A stretch of 63,025 nt of DNA, the filler included. It is 7 parts of 7 records of this genome, joined end to end, with 100 filler letters (N's around TTAATTAATTAA, not from the genome) between each part and the next. Parts side by side here need not be neighbours in the genome. Positions count along the whole stretch, not along the records: positions 31,072 to 38,421 come from SRR31156797_17051; positions 38,522 to 44,334 come from SRR31156797_17060; 5 more parts are not named here. One strand, 5' to 3'. Position 1 is the stretch's first letter, and every line of letters starts with the position of its first letter. The position numbers were made by a program, and so were the translations under genes. Below, piece by piece: positions 31,945 to 40,932 of this stretch. The notes under the pieces are model-generated. The model had not been told where the DNA came from, ran no database searches, and saw only the letters and a program-made list of their open reading frames with translations.

Positions 31945-32256
31945 TCAATCGCCGAACACTTCCTCTCCAATTATGATGTGGAAGCCGTCCTGGACCTTGG
32001 CCGACCATTCGGCTAAGAATTCTTGATAGGGCTGACTGTCACCGTCTTTTTTCAATTCCTCGGGCGTTGTGAAATCGTAAATGCCCACATATTTATAGGG
32101 AATCTCCCCGGTCTCCGTTGCCACGTTTTTGATCAGTTTGAAACTCTTGCATGAGGGTAGGCTTTCCAGAAACGGCCCTTTCTTCGCCTCGGTGTAGGCC
32201 TTGTATTCTTCGTCGGAAACGGAATCCTTCAGGTTGTACAAAACAGTCATTTTCAT
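31945..32256 (-). CDS. EthD-like dimeric alpha-beta barrel protein
   Basis: VLYNLK...EEYKAY...LPSCKSF...PYKYVGIYDF pattern; RBS AAAGGAGA. Confidence 0.6.
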   Translation of the reverse strand: MKMTVLYNLKDSVSDEEYKAYTEAKKGPFLESLPSCKSFKLIKNVATETGEIPYKYVGIYDFTTPEELKKDGDSQPYQEFLAEWSAKVQDGFHIIIGEEVFGD

Positions 32257-32306
32257 GGTGCTCTCCTTTCAATGCTTTTTAGGGTTCTCGCGTCTTTTCT
32301 TTTCAA

Positions 32307-33566
32307 TTAAAGGGTTTCCAAATCGAACCAATAGCGGGCATTCTCCAAAATCTTCAGGACCTTTCCCCCCTGCCACAGGCTGTTAATCTTTTGATCTCGA
32401 TAGAACTTTTCAATGTCAAACTCTCTTGCGTATCCGTAAGAACCCATAAAATCGATTGCGCGGCTGCAAGCGCGTTCCACCGCGATGCTGGAATAAAGCT
32501 GAAGGCCTCGCGATTTCATGACGAATCTTTCGTCCCATGGTTCCCATCCGTAAATTTGAGGGTTATCCATCTCCCTGACGTACTGCCACATCCAGGCCGA
32601 GGTGGACTCGATCAGCGTGGTTACTTCCGTGAGCATATCCGCGCAGATACTGTGTTCCTTGAGGAGTTTTCCCGCAACGACCCTTTCGTTGGTCCACTTC
32701 TTAATGATCTCGTAAACACCTTTCATTATCCCGACGCACATGGCGGTACAGGCAATATTGCCCAAAGAAATGGTTCTTGAAAAATACTTCAAGTCATCTC
32801 CTGAACCGTGCATTCTGTATCTCTTCGGTACCCGTACGTGGTCGAACCAGACGTCGCTGTTGTGGGCGGCGGACATTCCACACTTGCGGTACGGCCTTCC
32901 AACGGAAACGCCCTCTGTATCCGTCGGCACAAGGATCTCGGCGAAATGGTTCGGGTCGGTTGAACCCTTTTGAGTCGTACAGAGGACCACATAAAGGTCC
33001 CCCCTGGAACCGGAGTTGGTAGACCATATTTTGTGCCCGTTTATGACCCATTCGTCACCTTCGAGCGTGGCCGTGGTCTGAATGGTTTTTCCATGTATCC
33101 TTCCAACGTTCTCGATATCCGATCCGCCTGAAGGCTCGGTCATTGCGTGGCTGCTCATGTACAGTTCCTCACCGCAAAACTTCGGGCCGAATTCTTCGCA
33201 CAATTCCATGTTGCGGTGGGGTTCCAACAGAATCGGAACCAACCCCCACGTCGCGCACAAGGCGGACACGCAAAAGCCGGCATCAATCCTGGACAACTCA
33301 TCGCACAACACGGCGATTGCGGTGGCCGGGATCGGGATCCCCATTCCGCCAACTTCTGGGGGAAAGAATGCCTTATTGACCCCCATATCCACCAAAACTT
33401 CTTTCAGCAAGGGCTCAACCAGTTTGTGCTCCTCCCAATCCTCATCTATTTGTTGCCTGACTGGAATGTACTTTTCTTTTCCCCAGCGTCTGAGGGCTTG
33501 CCCCAGGGCCAATAGATCTTCCGGGACCCACTCTTTCGGGCGACAAAAATCATCAATTCCTGGCAT
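32307..33566 (-). CDS. Acyl-CoA dehydrogenase-family protein with non-canonical active site
   Basis: AMTEPSGGSD, INGHKIWSTN, FDHVRVP, GSYGYAREFDIEKFYRD. LWQGG replaces IYEGT. Confidence 0.9.
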   Translation of the reverse strand: MPGIDDFCRPKEWVPEDLLALGQALRRWGKEKYIPVRQQIDEDWEEHKLVEPLLKEVLVDMGVNKAFFPPEVGGMGIPIPATAIAVLCDELSRIDAGFCVSALCATWGLVPILLEPHRNMELCEEFGPKFCGEELYMSSHAMTEPSGGSDIENVGRIHGKTIQTTATLEGDEWVINGHKIWSTNSGSRGDLYVVLCTTQKGSTDPNHFAEILVPTDTEGVSVGRPYRKCGMSAAHNSDVWFDHVRVPKRYRMHGSGDDLKYFSRTISLGNIACTAMCVGIMKGVYEIIKKWTNERVVAGKLLKEHSICADMLTEVTTLIESTSAWMWQYVREMDNPQIYGWEPWDERFVMKSRGLQLYSSIAVERACSRAIDFMGSYGYAREFDIEKFYRDQKINSLWQGGKVLKILENARYWFDLETL

Positions 33567-33635
33567 TTCTATCTCCTTTCGTTTTGATTTGCGCTTTCAT
33601 CCCAAAGCGTGTTCATGAAAAGGCCTGGATTGAAA

Positions 33636-33690
33636 CTCACAATGTGAAACTACTGTTTCACGATATACAATCTTAATTTTCTCTTGTCAA
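33636..33690 (-). promoter_or_regulatory. Sigma70 promoter with an adjacent downstream palindromic operator (IclR-type)
   Basis: Minus strand TTGACA (33690-33685), 17 nt, TATATC; GTGAAAC-tact-GTTTCAC at 33644-33661 overlapping TCACA-a-TGTGA. Confidence 0.65.
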
Positions 33691-34007
33691 CTCAAATTTC
33701 TGGTTTTCAGTTTTTTTCCAGGATCCTCTGTGTGAATGAACTGCGAAAAATTGGACCTTGATCGGTATAAATGACCTGACCGAAGTGTGAAGGATTATTC
33801 AGGCCTTCCATTTGGCGCCGCTTTGTCTGGTAAATCGTCTTAATGTTCTTCCGGAAATTGATGTATGCTCATGTGAAAAACGTTAGATTTGAGGATATAG
33901 TCTGTTGATTTGCGGCTTGGTCGTGCATTGACAATTTGAACCGAATAATAAAAGTCATATTCGGTTTGGGATTATTTTTAAAACAGCTTAGCAATAGGTA
34001 CTTTTAC

Positions 34008-34050
34008 AAAAGAACCAGCTTTGGCATCCATTCCTGAAGCTGGTCCTTTC
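34008..34050 (-). terminator. Probable terminator hairpin downstream of the ATC-hydrolase-like gene
   Basis: AAAAGAACCAGCTT...AAGCTGGTCCTTT inverted repeat, with a large loop. Confidence 0.4.
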
Positions 34051-34093
34051 ATTTCATAAGGAGTCTGCCTAAACCTATTCTTCTTAGTGAAAA

Positions 34094-34594
34094 TTATTTC
34101 ATCGTTTCAAATATCCATTCACAATAGGGGTCGCCACGATGCATTTGTTTGCCATGTCTCATTTTTATCGATGGATTGAGGGTCTTCACAAAGTGCTTCC
34201 AAAAAACAAGGTCGCAAGCGGATAACAGGTCGTGGGATATCCCGAATTCATTCATTCTATTATTCCATGGGCATTCGGTTATCTTCATGACGGTTCTATC
34301 TTCAGATGCTTCAACTTCCTCGATCTTATACTCCGGGCCCATGGCGCACACACACATCGTTGCACCTGCTTCTGCTGCCGATTTGGCATTATCCCCTGTC
34401 ATGCCCAACGATTTTATTTCCTCAGCAGAACCTTGACCAATTTGGGCCCATATTTGACGAATCGTCTCCCCATACTTCTCTTTCCCGACAATGCTGTGAA
34501 TTGCATTGAGATGGGCGGACAATGCCCCGATTAAATCCTTCGTTGCCATAGCCCACTTTGTTTCTACGGGTATTTGATCAACTTTGAACTCCAT
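34094..34594 (-). CDS. L-2-amino-thiazoline-4-carboxylate hydrolase-like / V4R-like Cys-containing protein
   Basis: ITECPW, SACD, RGDPYCEW; start MEFKVD after RBS GGGAGG. Confidence 0.65.
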   Translation of the reverse strand: MEFKVDQIPVETKWAMATKDLIGALSAHLNAIHSIVGKEKYGETIRQIWAQIGQGSAEEIKSLGMTGDNAKSAAEAGATMCVCAMGPEYKIEEVEASEDRTVMKITECPWNNRMNEFGISHDLLSACDLVFWKHFVKTLNPSIKMRHGKQMHRGDPYCEWIFETMK

Positions 34595-34765
34595 TTTTTC
34601 CTCCCTTTTTTCTAGATTTACGTATCCTTCATTTTCCCTGACCACCCGCTAAATTAATCTGTTGACAGGTAATCAAGATTCAAATACACCATAACCAGCC
34701 ACTTTTTTAGTGTCCAACGAAAGTATTTCATAGTTACAATCGAAAAAATTCATGGGGGGAATACT

Positions 34766-35668
34766 ATGGAATTACGACAGCTTAAAACTTTTAATACAGT
34801 GGCAAGAGTATTGAATTTCAATCGTTCGGCCGAAATCTTGAATTATTCTCAATCCGCAATTTCAGTCCAGATCAAACTTCTCGAAGAGGATTTGGGAGTA
34901 CCGCTCTTTGATCGGCTGGGGAAAAGTGTGCGCCTCACTGAAGCGGGACATATGTTGGTGCAGTATTCACAGAAAATGCTTGATATTGAGAAAGAAACCC
35001 TGGCCAAAGTGTCGGGCTGGGAAGAACCGCACGGCTCAATATCAATTCGAATTCCACAGAGCATTGCCACTTATCTTTTGCCGTCTGTTTTAAGTAAATT
35101 TCATGCCAGGTTTCCAAAAATCGGGCTTGATATCAGTTCCTGCACCTACCACTCTCTGCAACAAGAACTCAAAACCGGCATGACCGATGTGGCATTTCTT
35201 CTGGCGAATTCCATTCACTTTTCCGACCTAAAAACAGAACTATTGAGAGTTGAATCTCTTGTTGTCGTTTCGAGTCCGGATCACCCACTGGCTGAAAAAA
35301 CGGCGATGCGTATAAGTGATCTGGCAGGAGAGTCGATCCTTTTACCGAAACACGATTGCAGTTATAAGATGCTTTTTGAGCAGATATTAACCGAGGAAAA
35401 GGTTGATTCCGCGACATTTATGGAAATAAATAGTCTTGAGGCCATCAAACAATGCGTTTTAAAAGGAATCGGGGTGACAATGATTCCCTTGATGGCTGTT
35501 TCGCAAGAAATAGCAGAGAATAAATTGACGGTTTTGCCCCTGCCTGAAGATAATTTGGAAATTGCCATATTAATGATCTGGCACAAGGATAAGTGGATTT
35601 CTCCAACTTTGCAGGCGTTTATGGATACTGTGAAAGAAGTAATAAAAGGTTCGGAAATTGATTTGTAA
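34766..35668 (+). CDS. LysR-family transcriptional regulator
   Basis: MELRQLKTF...FNRSAEILNYSQSAISVQIKLLEEDLGVPLFDR; divergent from the previous gene. Confidence 0.95.
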   Translation: MELRQLKTFNTVARVLNFNRSAEILNYSQSAISVQIKLLEEDLGVPLFDRLGKSVRLTEAGHMLVQYSQKMLDIEKETLAKVSGWEEPHGSISIRIPQSIATYLLPSVLSKFHARFPKIGLDISSCTYHSLQQELKTGMTDVAFLLANSIHFSDLKTELLRVESLVVVSSPDHPLAEKTAMRISDLAGESILLPKHDCSYKMLFEQILTEEKVDSATFMEINSLEAIKQCVLKGIGVTMIPLMAVSQEIAENKLTVLPLPEDNLEIAILMIWHKDKWISPTLQAFMDTVKEVIKGSEIDL

Positions 35669-35721
35669 GATTCTGGACCCGACCCCCAAATTTCCCCACG
35701 CGAGAGCTTTTGTCTTCAATA

Positions 35722-36510
35722 TCACAAATGCGGGTTGTCAGAGACTCCCTTTTGGCTTATGACCTTTGAGATTTTTCTTGCTGTTTTCTTGATTGCGGAA
35801 ATGTATGTTGCGGATTCCTTATCAAAACGTTCACTTGGAACTGATATGCTGATCGAGGCCAACCCCTTCCCTTCTGAATTCGTCAAAAGAGCCGCTGCGC
35901 ACTTTAACCCTTTTTCGATCTCCTCATTATCGATTGCATGGCCTTGCTGCCTGATTTGGGCCAATTCCGCCTTCAATAGATCCAGGTTCTTAATCGTGTT
36001 GTCCGTAAACTCCGGCAATCCCTTTTCCCGGACTATGGTCTCCACGGCGTCTTCTGAAAGGTCAGCCAAGAGGGCTTTGCCAACGGCTGAGCAGTGGCAT
36101 GGAAGTTTCGAACCGATGCTCGATATAACGCGTATGGTCTTTTTTCCCTCAATTTTATCTAGATAGAGCGCTTCTCCTTGGTGGAGGACGGCTAAATGAA
36201 CTGTTTCTCGGCACTCTTCATTCAATTCTTCCAAAAACGGTCTTGTGATCTTCTTGATTGTCGTATGAGGTTCAGCCAACAAGCCAAGTCTATAGATTTT
36301 TGAGCCCAAATAGTACTTATGCGTAAGCGGTTCCCTTTCAACATAACCGGCATCTTCGAGGTTTTTCAGAATACGAAATGCGGACGCTTTATTGAGATCC
36401 AAAAGATCACGAACTTCTGTGACCGTAAGCTCTTTTCCCTTTTCGTCAAAAAGCGCTAGAATATCAAAGGTTTTTTGAAGAACTTTGATTTTATATTTGC
36501 CTTTTTCCAT
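35722..36510 (-). CDS. IclR-family transcriptional regulator
   Basis: N-terminal HTH, ETVHLAV, LPCHCSAVGKALLA, AIDNEE; likely start MEKGK at 36510. Confidence 0.95.
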   Translation of the reverse strand: MEKGKYKIKVLQKTFDILALFDEKGKELTVTEVRDLLDLNKASAFRILKNLEDAGYVEREPLTHKYYLGSKIYRLGLLAEPHTTIKKITRPFLEELNEECRETVHLAVLHQGEALYLDKIEGKKTIRVISSIGSKLPCHCSAVGKALLADLSEDAVETIVREKGLPEFTDNTIKNLDLLKAELAQIRQQGHAIDNEEIEKGLKCAAALLTNSEGKGLASISISVPSERFDKESATYISAIKKTARKISKVISQKGVSDNPHL

Positions 36511-36514
36511 TTTT

Positions 36515-36570
36515 CTCACATTATGAAGTATAGGTTTCGCATTCTTAATCTTTCCCCATTCTGTTGTCAA
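36515..36570 (-). promoter_or_regulatory. Promoter and second copy of the operator motif upstream of the IclR gene
   Basis: CTCACATTATGAAGTATAGGTTTCGC matches 33636-33661; TTGACA on the minus strand at 36570-36565, at almost the same distance. Confidence 0.55.
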
Positions 36571-36585
36571 GAAAAACAAGGGCGC

Positions 36586-36731
36586 TGATGTGGCCCCCCA
36601 AATTCGGACAATGCGCCGAGCTTAGAGTCAACCCATCTCTTATGCAGCTTAAGGGCCTTGAGGCAAAATGCCTTAAGCCGAAAAAAAGCAAACCTTGCCC
36701 CGAGCATAAAATCTATCCCTATTGGCTCCAG
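36586..36731 (+). mobile_element. Internally deleted IS3-family remnant
   Basis: IS3-like end TGATGTGGCCCCCCAAATTCGGACA, then a fragment reading MQLKGLEAKCLKPKKSKPCPEHKIYPYWL, resembling the IS3 OrfB segment MGLEAIYPKPxTS..HKIYPYLL. Confidence 0.65.
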
Positions 36732-36772
36732 CCTCAAAGTGAATGCAAAAGGCAAAAGACGAGATCAATCGG

Positions 36773-38314
36773 TTATATTGGCTGCTTGTTCCTGCCAAAG
36801 GGGATGCCCAGCTTCCGCATGCGATGCCTGAGGGTTCCCGGCTTTATCCCGAGAAGATCCGAGGCCCCTCCCTTTCCCTCCACCTTGCCGTTGGTCATGG
36901 AAAGAACATGGCGGATATGCGCGGCCGCAACAGCGTCAAGGCTCAGCGGTTTCCCTTCCGGCGAGATTGAGGTTGCACTTTTTCCTTGGGATTCGGGAGC
37001 ATGGAAATCGGCAAAGGCGAGGGGTTTGCCCCGGCTCAGTATCAAGGCGCGTTCCACGGCGTTTTCCAATTCCCGTACATTGCCGGGCCAGCCATAGGCC
37101 ATAAGCCGTTGGATAGCCTCCGGCGTCGGAACGGGAAGATCTTTGAGTTTCATTTCGCGCATTTTCTTCATGATAAAGTGCTGCGCCAGCAAAGGGATGT
37201 CGTCCCTCCGGTCCCTCAGCGGCGGTATGGAGATGGGAAAGACCCTGAGCCGGTAGTAGAGGTCCTCGCGGAACGCGCCCGCGGCAAGCATGGCTTCCAG
37301 GTCCCGATGGGTGGCGGCGATGACCCTGATGTCCACCTTGACGGGTCCGTCGCCGCCCACCCGCTCAATTTCCTTGTCCTGGAGGACTCTCAGGAGCCTT
37401 ACCTGGGCCTTGGGGGGAAGTTCCCCGATTTCGTCAAGGAAGATCGTGCCCCCATGGGCGCGCGCGAATCGGCCCCGTTTGCGGGTGACGGCACCCGTAA
37501 AAGCCCCTTTTTCATGGCCGAAGAGTTCACTGTCCATCAGGGTTTCAGGGATAGCGCCGCAGTTGATTTTGATAAAAGGACCCTTGGCGCGAGGGGAAGC
37601 GTTGTGGACGGCGCCTGCGACAACCTCCTTGCCGACGCCGGTTTCCCCCAACAACAGGGCCGGGCTGTTAAGCGGCGCCACCTGTCGAACCATGTCCATA
37701 ACCCCTTTTAAACCGTAGCCGGCGCCGATGATTTCATCGCCGCTGATCCGACGCAGCTCATCCTGAAGATAATGTTTGTCGTCCGCCAGCAATTCCTTGA
37801 GATGGAGCAGTTCGCGGTACCTCCGGCTGTTGGATAGTGCTATGGCGAAGGGCTTCCTCAGTGAAGAGAACAGTTTCAAATGCTCTTGGGTAAACCGGTC
37901 CCAGCCTTCGGACCAGAGGGATATGCCCCCCAGCCAATTATTTCCGATGCTCAGACGGATGGTCAACACCGATGATTTTGATTTGCCGAGTCGTCTGATC
38001 ATGTATTTGGCCATTTGGTGTTCATCGGCCCGGTTGGAAAGAAATTCCCTCGGCAGTTGATTTTTCTCCGCCAAAGCCCTCACCTCGGGCGGCCAATGGG
38101 CCTCTACATGAATCCGTTCCCCGCCTTTACTGTTTGCGGCGGCAAAAAAGATGGAAGAGCCTTTGGCGTAATCATAATAGTGCAGGTAAGCATGATCCGC
38201 CGGAATGAACTCTTTGATGTATTGGAAGCACTCCCAAAGGGCTTTTTCTATTTCAAGGCTTCCGCAGATCCTGAGCGTTCCTTCACGGAAAAATTCCTTG
38301 GGGTCTACAGACAT
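36773..38314 (-). CDS. Sigma54-dependent enhancer-binding protein (GAF-like + AAA+ + HTH)
   Basis: GETGVGKE, intact GAFTGA, FLDEIGE, WPGNVREL, C-terminal HTH. Confidence 0.95.
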   Translation of the reverse strand: MSVDPKEFFREGTLRICGSLEIEKALWECFQYIKEFIPADHAYLHYYDYAKGSSIFFAAANSKGGERIHVEAHWPPEVRALAEKNQLPREFLSNRADEHQMAKYMIRRLGKSKSSVLTIRLSIGNNWLGGISLWSEGWDRFTQEHLKLFSSLRKPFAIALSNSRRYRELLHLKELLADDKHYLQDELRRISGDEIIGAGYGLKGVMDMVRQVAPLNSPALLLGETGVGKEVVAGAVHNASPRAKGPFIKINCGAIPETLMDSELFGHEKGAFTGAVTRKRGRFARAHGGTIFLDEIGELPPKAQVRLLRVLQDKEIERVGGDGPVKVDIRVIAATHRDLEAMLAAGAFREDLYYRLRVFPISIPPLRDRRDDIPLLAQHFIMKKMREMKLKDLPVPTPEAIQRLMAYGWPGNVRELENAVERALILSRGKPLAFADFHAPESQGKSATSISPEGKPLSLDAVAAAHIRHVLSMTNGKVEGKGGASDLLGIKPGTLRHRMRKLGIPFGRNKQPI

Positions 38315-38343
38315 TTGTCGTCTCCGATTATTGGAATCATTCC

Positions 38344-38391
38344 GTCATATTTAACAGACAGTCAAACCTCTGTCAAATATGATATATTTGA
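38344..38391. promoter_or_regulatory. Inverted repeat, candidate binding site (UAS) of the sigma54 activator
   Basis: TCAAATAT-gat-ATATTTGA (38373-38391) and related GTCATATTTAAC (38344-38355). Confidence 0.4.
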
Positions 38392-38421
38392 TCAGTACTG
38401 ACGCACGAGTATGAAGATCCG

Positions 38422-38521
38422 NNNNNNNNNNNNNNNNNNNNNNNNNNNNNNNNNNNNNNNNNNNNTTAATTAATTAANNNNNNNNNNNNNNNNNNNNNNN
38501 NNNNNNNNNNNNNNNNNNNNN
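38422..38521. other. Artificial contig spacer
   Basis: 44 N + TTAATTAATTAA + 44 N. Confidence 0.99.
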
Positions 38522-39112
38522 AATATTCAGATTTAGTGGCCCGCCAATGTGAGCAATACTTTTTGCACCTTGTTCTATTAAATGCTTAGTTACCTGATAG
38601 GCACCTTCAAAATCGTCGACAACAATTTTATGCGTATCAATTTCATCGACCACCCTGTCGAAAAATGCCAGTGGGATATTTCTTTCTGAAAACAGTTTTA
38701 AATGATCAAAAGTTACAGTTTCCATACCAATTGAAATTATAAGTCCGTCGACGCGGTTGTTAAATAGTGTTTTGGCTATTTTAGATTCTTTTTCGAAACT
38801 GTCGTTCGACTGAGAAATAGTTACTGTAAATCCTTGTTTATAAGCAATATCTTCAATCCCGCTTATTACAGAGGAGAAAAAATGCCGGTTAATTAACGGG
38901 ACTATTATTCCTAAAGTATTTGTTTTTTTTGTTCTGAAATTGGCTGCTAGAATATTCGGTCGATAACCCATTTTATCGGCTGTTTTTTTAATTAAATCGC
39001 GTGTCGATTTGCTAATTAACGGGTTATCGTTTAGTGCACGAGAAACGGTAGATGCAGATATATTTAGCTCTTTTGCAATGTCGTGTATTGTTGTTTCGGT
39101 TTGTTTTGCCAT
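38522..39112 (-). CDS. LacI-family regulator, 3'-truncated
   Basis: TIHDIAKELNISASTVSRAL, GYRPN, FFDRV. Confidence 0.95.
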
Positions 39113-39152
39113 GCTATTTATTTGATGTAAAAATAGCAAAAACTATTTATCC

Positions 39153-39193
39153 ATGCAATCGATTGCATTTCCGTGCTAAGTTTTATACTTTTG
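39153..39193 (+). promoter_or_regulatory. LacI operator and Bacteroidota -7 promoter element for kduI
   Basis: Perfect palindrome ATGCAATCGATTGCAT (39153-39168, central CG); TACTTTTG (TAnnTTTG) at 39186-39193. Confidence 0.8.
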
Positions 39194-39255
39194 TAAATAA
39201 TTAACTGTGAATTTCATAAATAAATTAACCCGAATTTCATTGAAAAAATAGAAAT

Positions 39256-40098
39256 ATGACAACGATTTTTGAAGAAAGGTATAATTATCATCCCGAGGAT
39301 TTTAAAAAATATGATACGGAGAGAATAAGGAAAGAGTTTTTGGTTGAAAAAGTTATGGACCCGGGAAAAATCAGGTTGGTTTATTCTATCATAGAAAGGT
39401 ATATAGTTGGTGGGGCAGTGCCGGTTAAAAAAGAACTGGTTTTGGAACCGATTGATTCCTTAAAAGCAGAATATTTTTGTGAAAGACGTGAAGTTGGGAT
39501 TATAAATGTTGCAGGCGCTGGAACTGTTGTCGTTGACGGCAGTGAATATAAAATGGATTTTAAAGATGCGCTTTATATAGGAAAAGGAAGTCAACAAGTG
39601 GTTTTTAAATCGGACGATCCTAAGAATCCTGCTCATTTTTATATTAATTCGGCACCAGCACACAAGGAGTTTCCAACAAAACATGTAACAATGGGCGATG
39701 CCAACGTTTTGCATTTGGGAAAACTTGAAACATCAAATGAAAGAGACATTAATCAACTGTTGATTAACGGAGTAGTAGAAACCTGTCAGTTGCAAATGGG
39801 AATGACTGAGTTAAAAACCGGAAGTGTTTGGAATACAATGCCACCACATTTACATAGTCGGCGAAACGAAGTGTATTTTTATTTTAATGTTCCGGAAGGA
39901 CAGGCCGTTTGTCATTTTATGGGTCAGCCTCATGAAACAAGACACATCTGGATGCAAAACGAACAAGCTGTAATTTCTCCAAACTGGTCGATTCACTCCG
40001 CTGCCGGCACAAGCAATTATATTTTTATTTGGGGAATGGCAGGCGAAAACCTCGATTATACTGATATGGATTTAATAAATCCAAAAGATTTAAAATAG
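39256..40098 (+). CDS. kduI: 5-dehydro-4-deoxy-D-glucuronate isomerase
   Basis: [46 protein letters not shown]. Confidence 0.97.
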   Translation: MTTIFEERYNYHPEDFKKYDTERIRKEFLVEKVMDPGKIRLVYSIIERYIVGGAVPVKKELVLEPIDSLKAEYFCERREVGIINVAGAGTVVVDGSEYKMDFKDALYIGKGSQQVVFKSDDPKNPAHFYINSAPAHKEFPTKHVTMGDANVLHLGKLETSNERDINQLLINGVVETCQLQMGMTELKTGSVWNTMPPHLHSRRNEVYFYFNVPEGQAVCHFMGQPHETRHIWMQNEQAVISPNWSIHSAAGTSNYIFIWGMAGENLDYTDMDLINPKDLK

Positions 40099-40127
40099 GG
40101 TCAAAAAGAAATCAACTAAAAATAATT

Positions 40128-40931
40128 ATGATTCAGGATTTATTTGATTTAACCGGACAAGTAGCCTTAATAACCGGGGGAACCCATGGAATTGGAATGG
40201 CCATTGGAAAGGTATTAGGACAAGCAGGTGCAAAAATTTGTGTGAATGATATTTCAGAAGAAAAACTGGAAAATTGTAAAGCTGAATATGCCAAAGTTGG
40301 GATTGATGTTTTTACCTTAAAATTCAACGTGACAGACGAAAATGATGTTGACCGGGGAATTTCACATATTGAAAAAGAAGTTGGCGAAATTGATATTTTA
40401 GTAAATAATGCCGGAATTATAAAACGAATCCCAATTCTTGAAATGGAAATTTCGGATTATAAACAAGTTATAGATGTTGATTTGGTTGCACCACTAATTG
40501 TTTCGAAACGAGTGGTCCCCAAAATGATTCAAAAACGTTCAGGTAAAATAATCAATATGTGTTCAATGATGAGTGTTTACGGACGAAATTCAGTTTCTGC
40601 GTATGCATCGGCAAAAGGCGGGTTAAAACTTTTAACCGCAAATATGACATGTGAATGGGCAAAATATAACATTCAGATTAATGGAATTGGGCCAGGTTAT
40701 ATTGCCACAGAACAAACAGCTCCAATTCGCGAAGGAGGGCATCCGTTTAACGATTTGGTAATGACCCGAACACCCGCCGGTCGGTGGGGAGAACCAGGGG
40801 ATGTGGGAAATGCAGCACTATTTCTGGCGTCGAAAGCAAGCAATTTTGTGAATGGCCATGTTTTATATGTTGATGGTGGTATTTTGGCCAATTTTGGCTA
40901 TGTAAAAGGTGAAAATGAAATCCCTGAATAA
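40128..40931 (+). CDS. kduD: 2-dehydro-3-deoxy-D-gluconate 5-dehydrogenase / gluconate 5-dehydrogenase (SDR)
   Basis: TGGTHGIG, NNAGIIKRIP, YASAKGGL, GPGYIAT; follows kduI. Confidence 0.85.
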   Translation: MIQDLFDLTGQVALITGGTHGIGMAIGKVLGQAGAKICVNDISEEKLENCKAEYAKVGIDVFTLKFNVTDENDVDRGISHIEKEVGEIDILVNNAGIIKRIPILEMEISDYKQVIDVDLVAPLIVSKRVVPKMIQKRSGKIINMCSMMSVYGRNSVSAYASAKGGLKLLTANMTCEWAKYNIQINGIGPGYIATEQTAPIREGGHPFNDLVMTRTPAGRWGEPGDVGNAALFLASKASNFVNGHVLYVDGGILANFGYVKGENEIPE

Positions 40932-40932
40932 A

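Noticed and set aside
36564..37097. 177-aa plus-strand ORF
   Set aside because: Composite of the IS3 scar and the antisense of the sigma54 activator.
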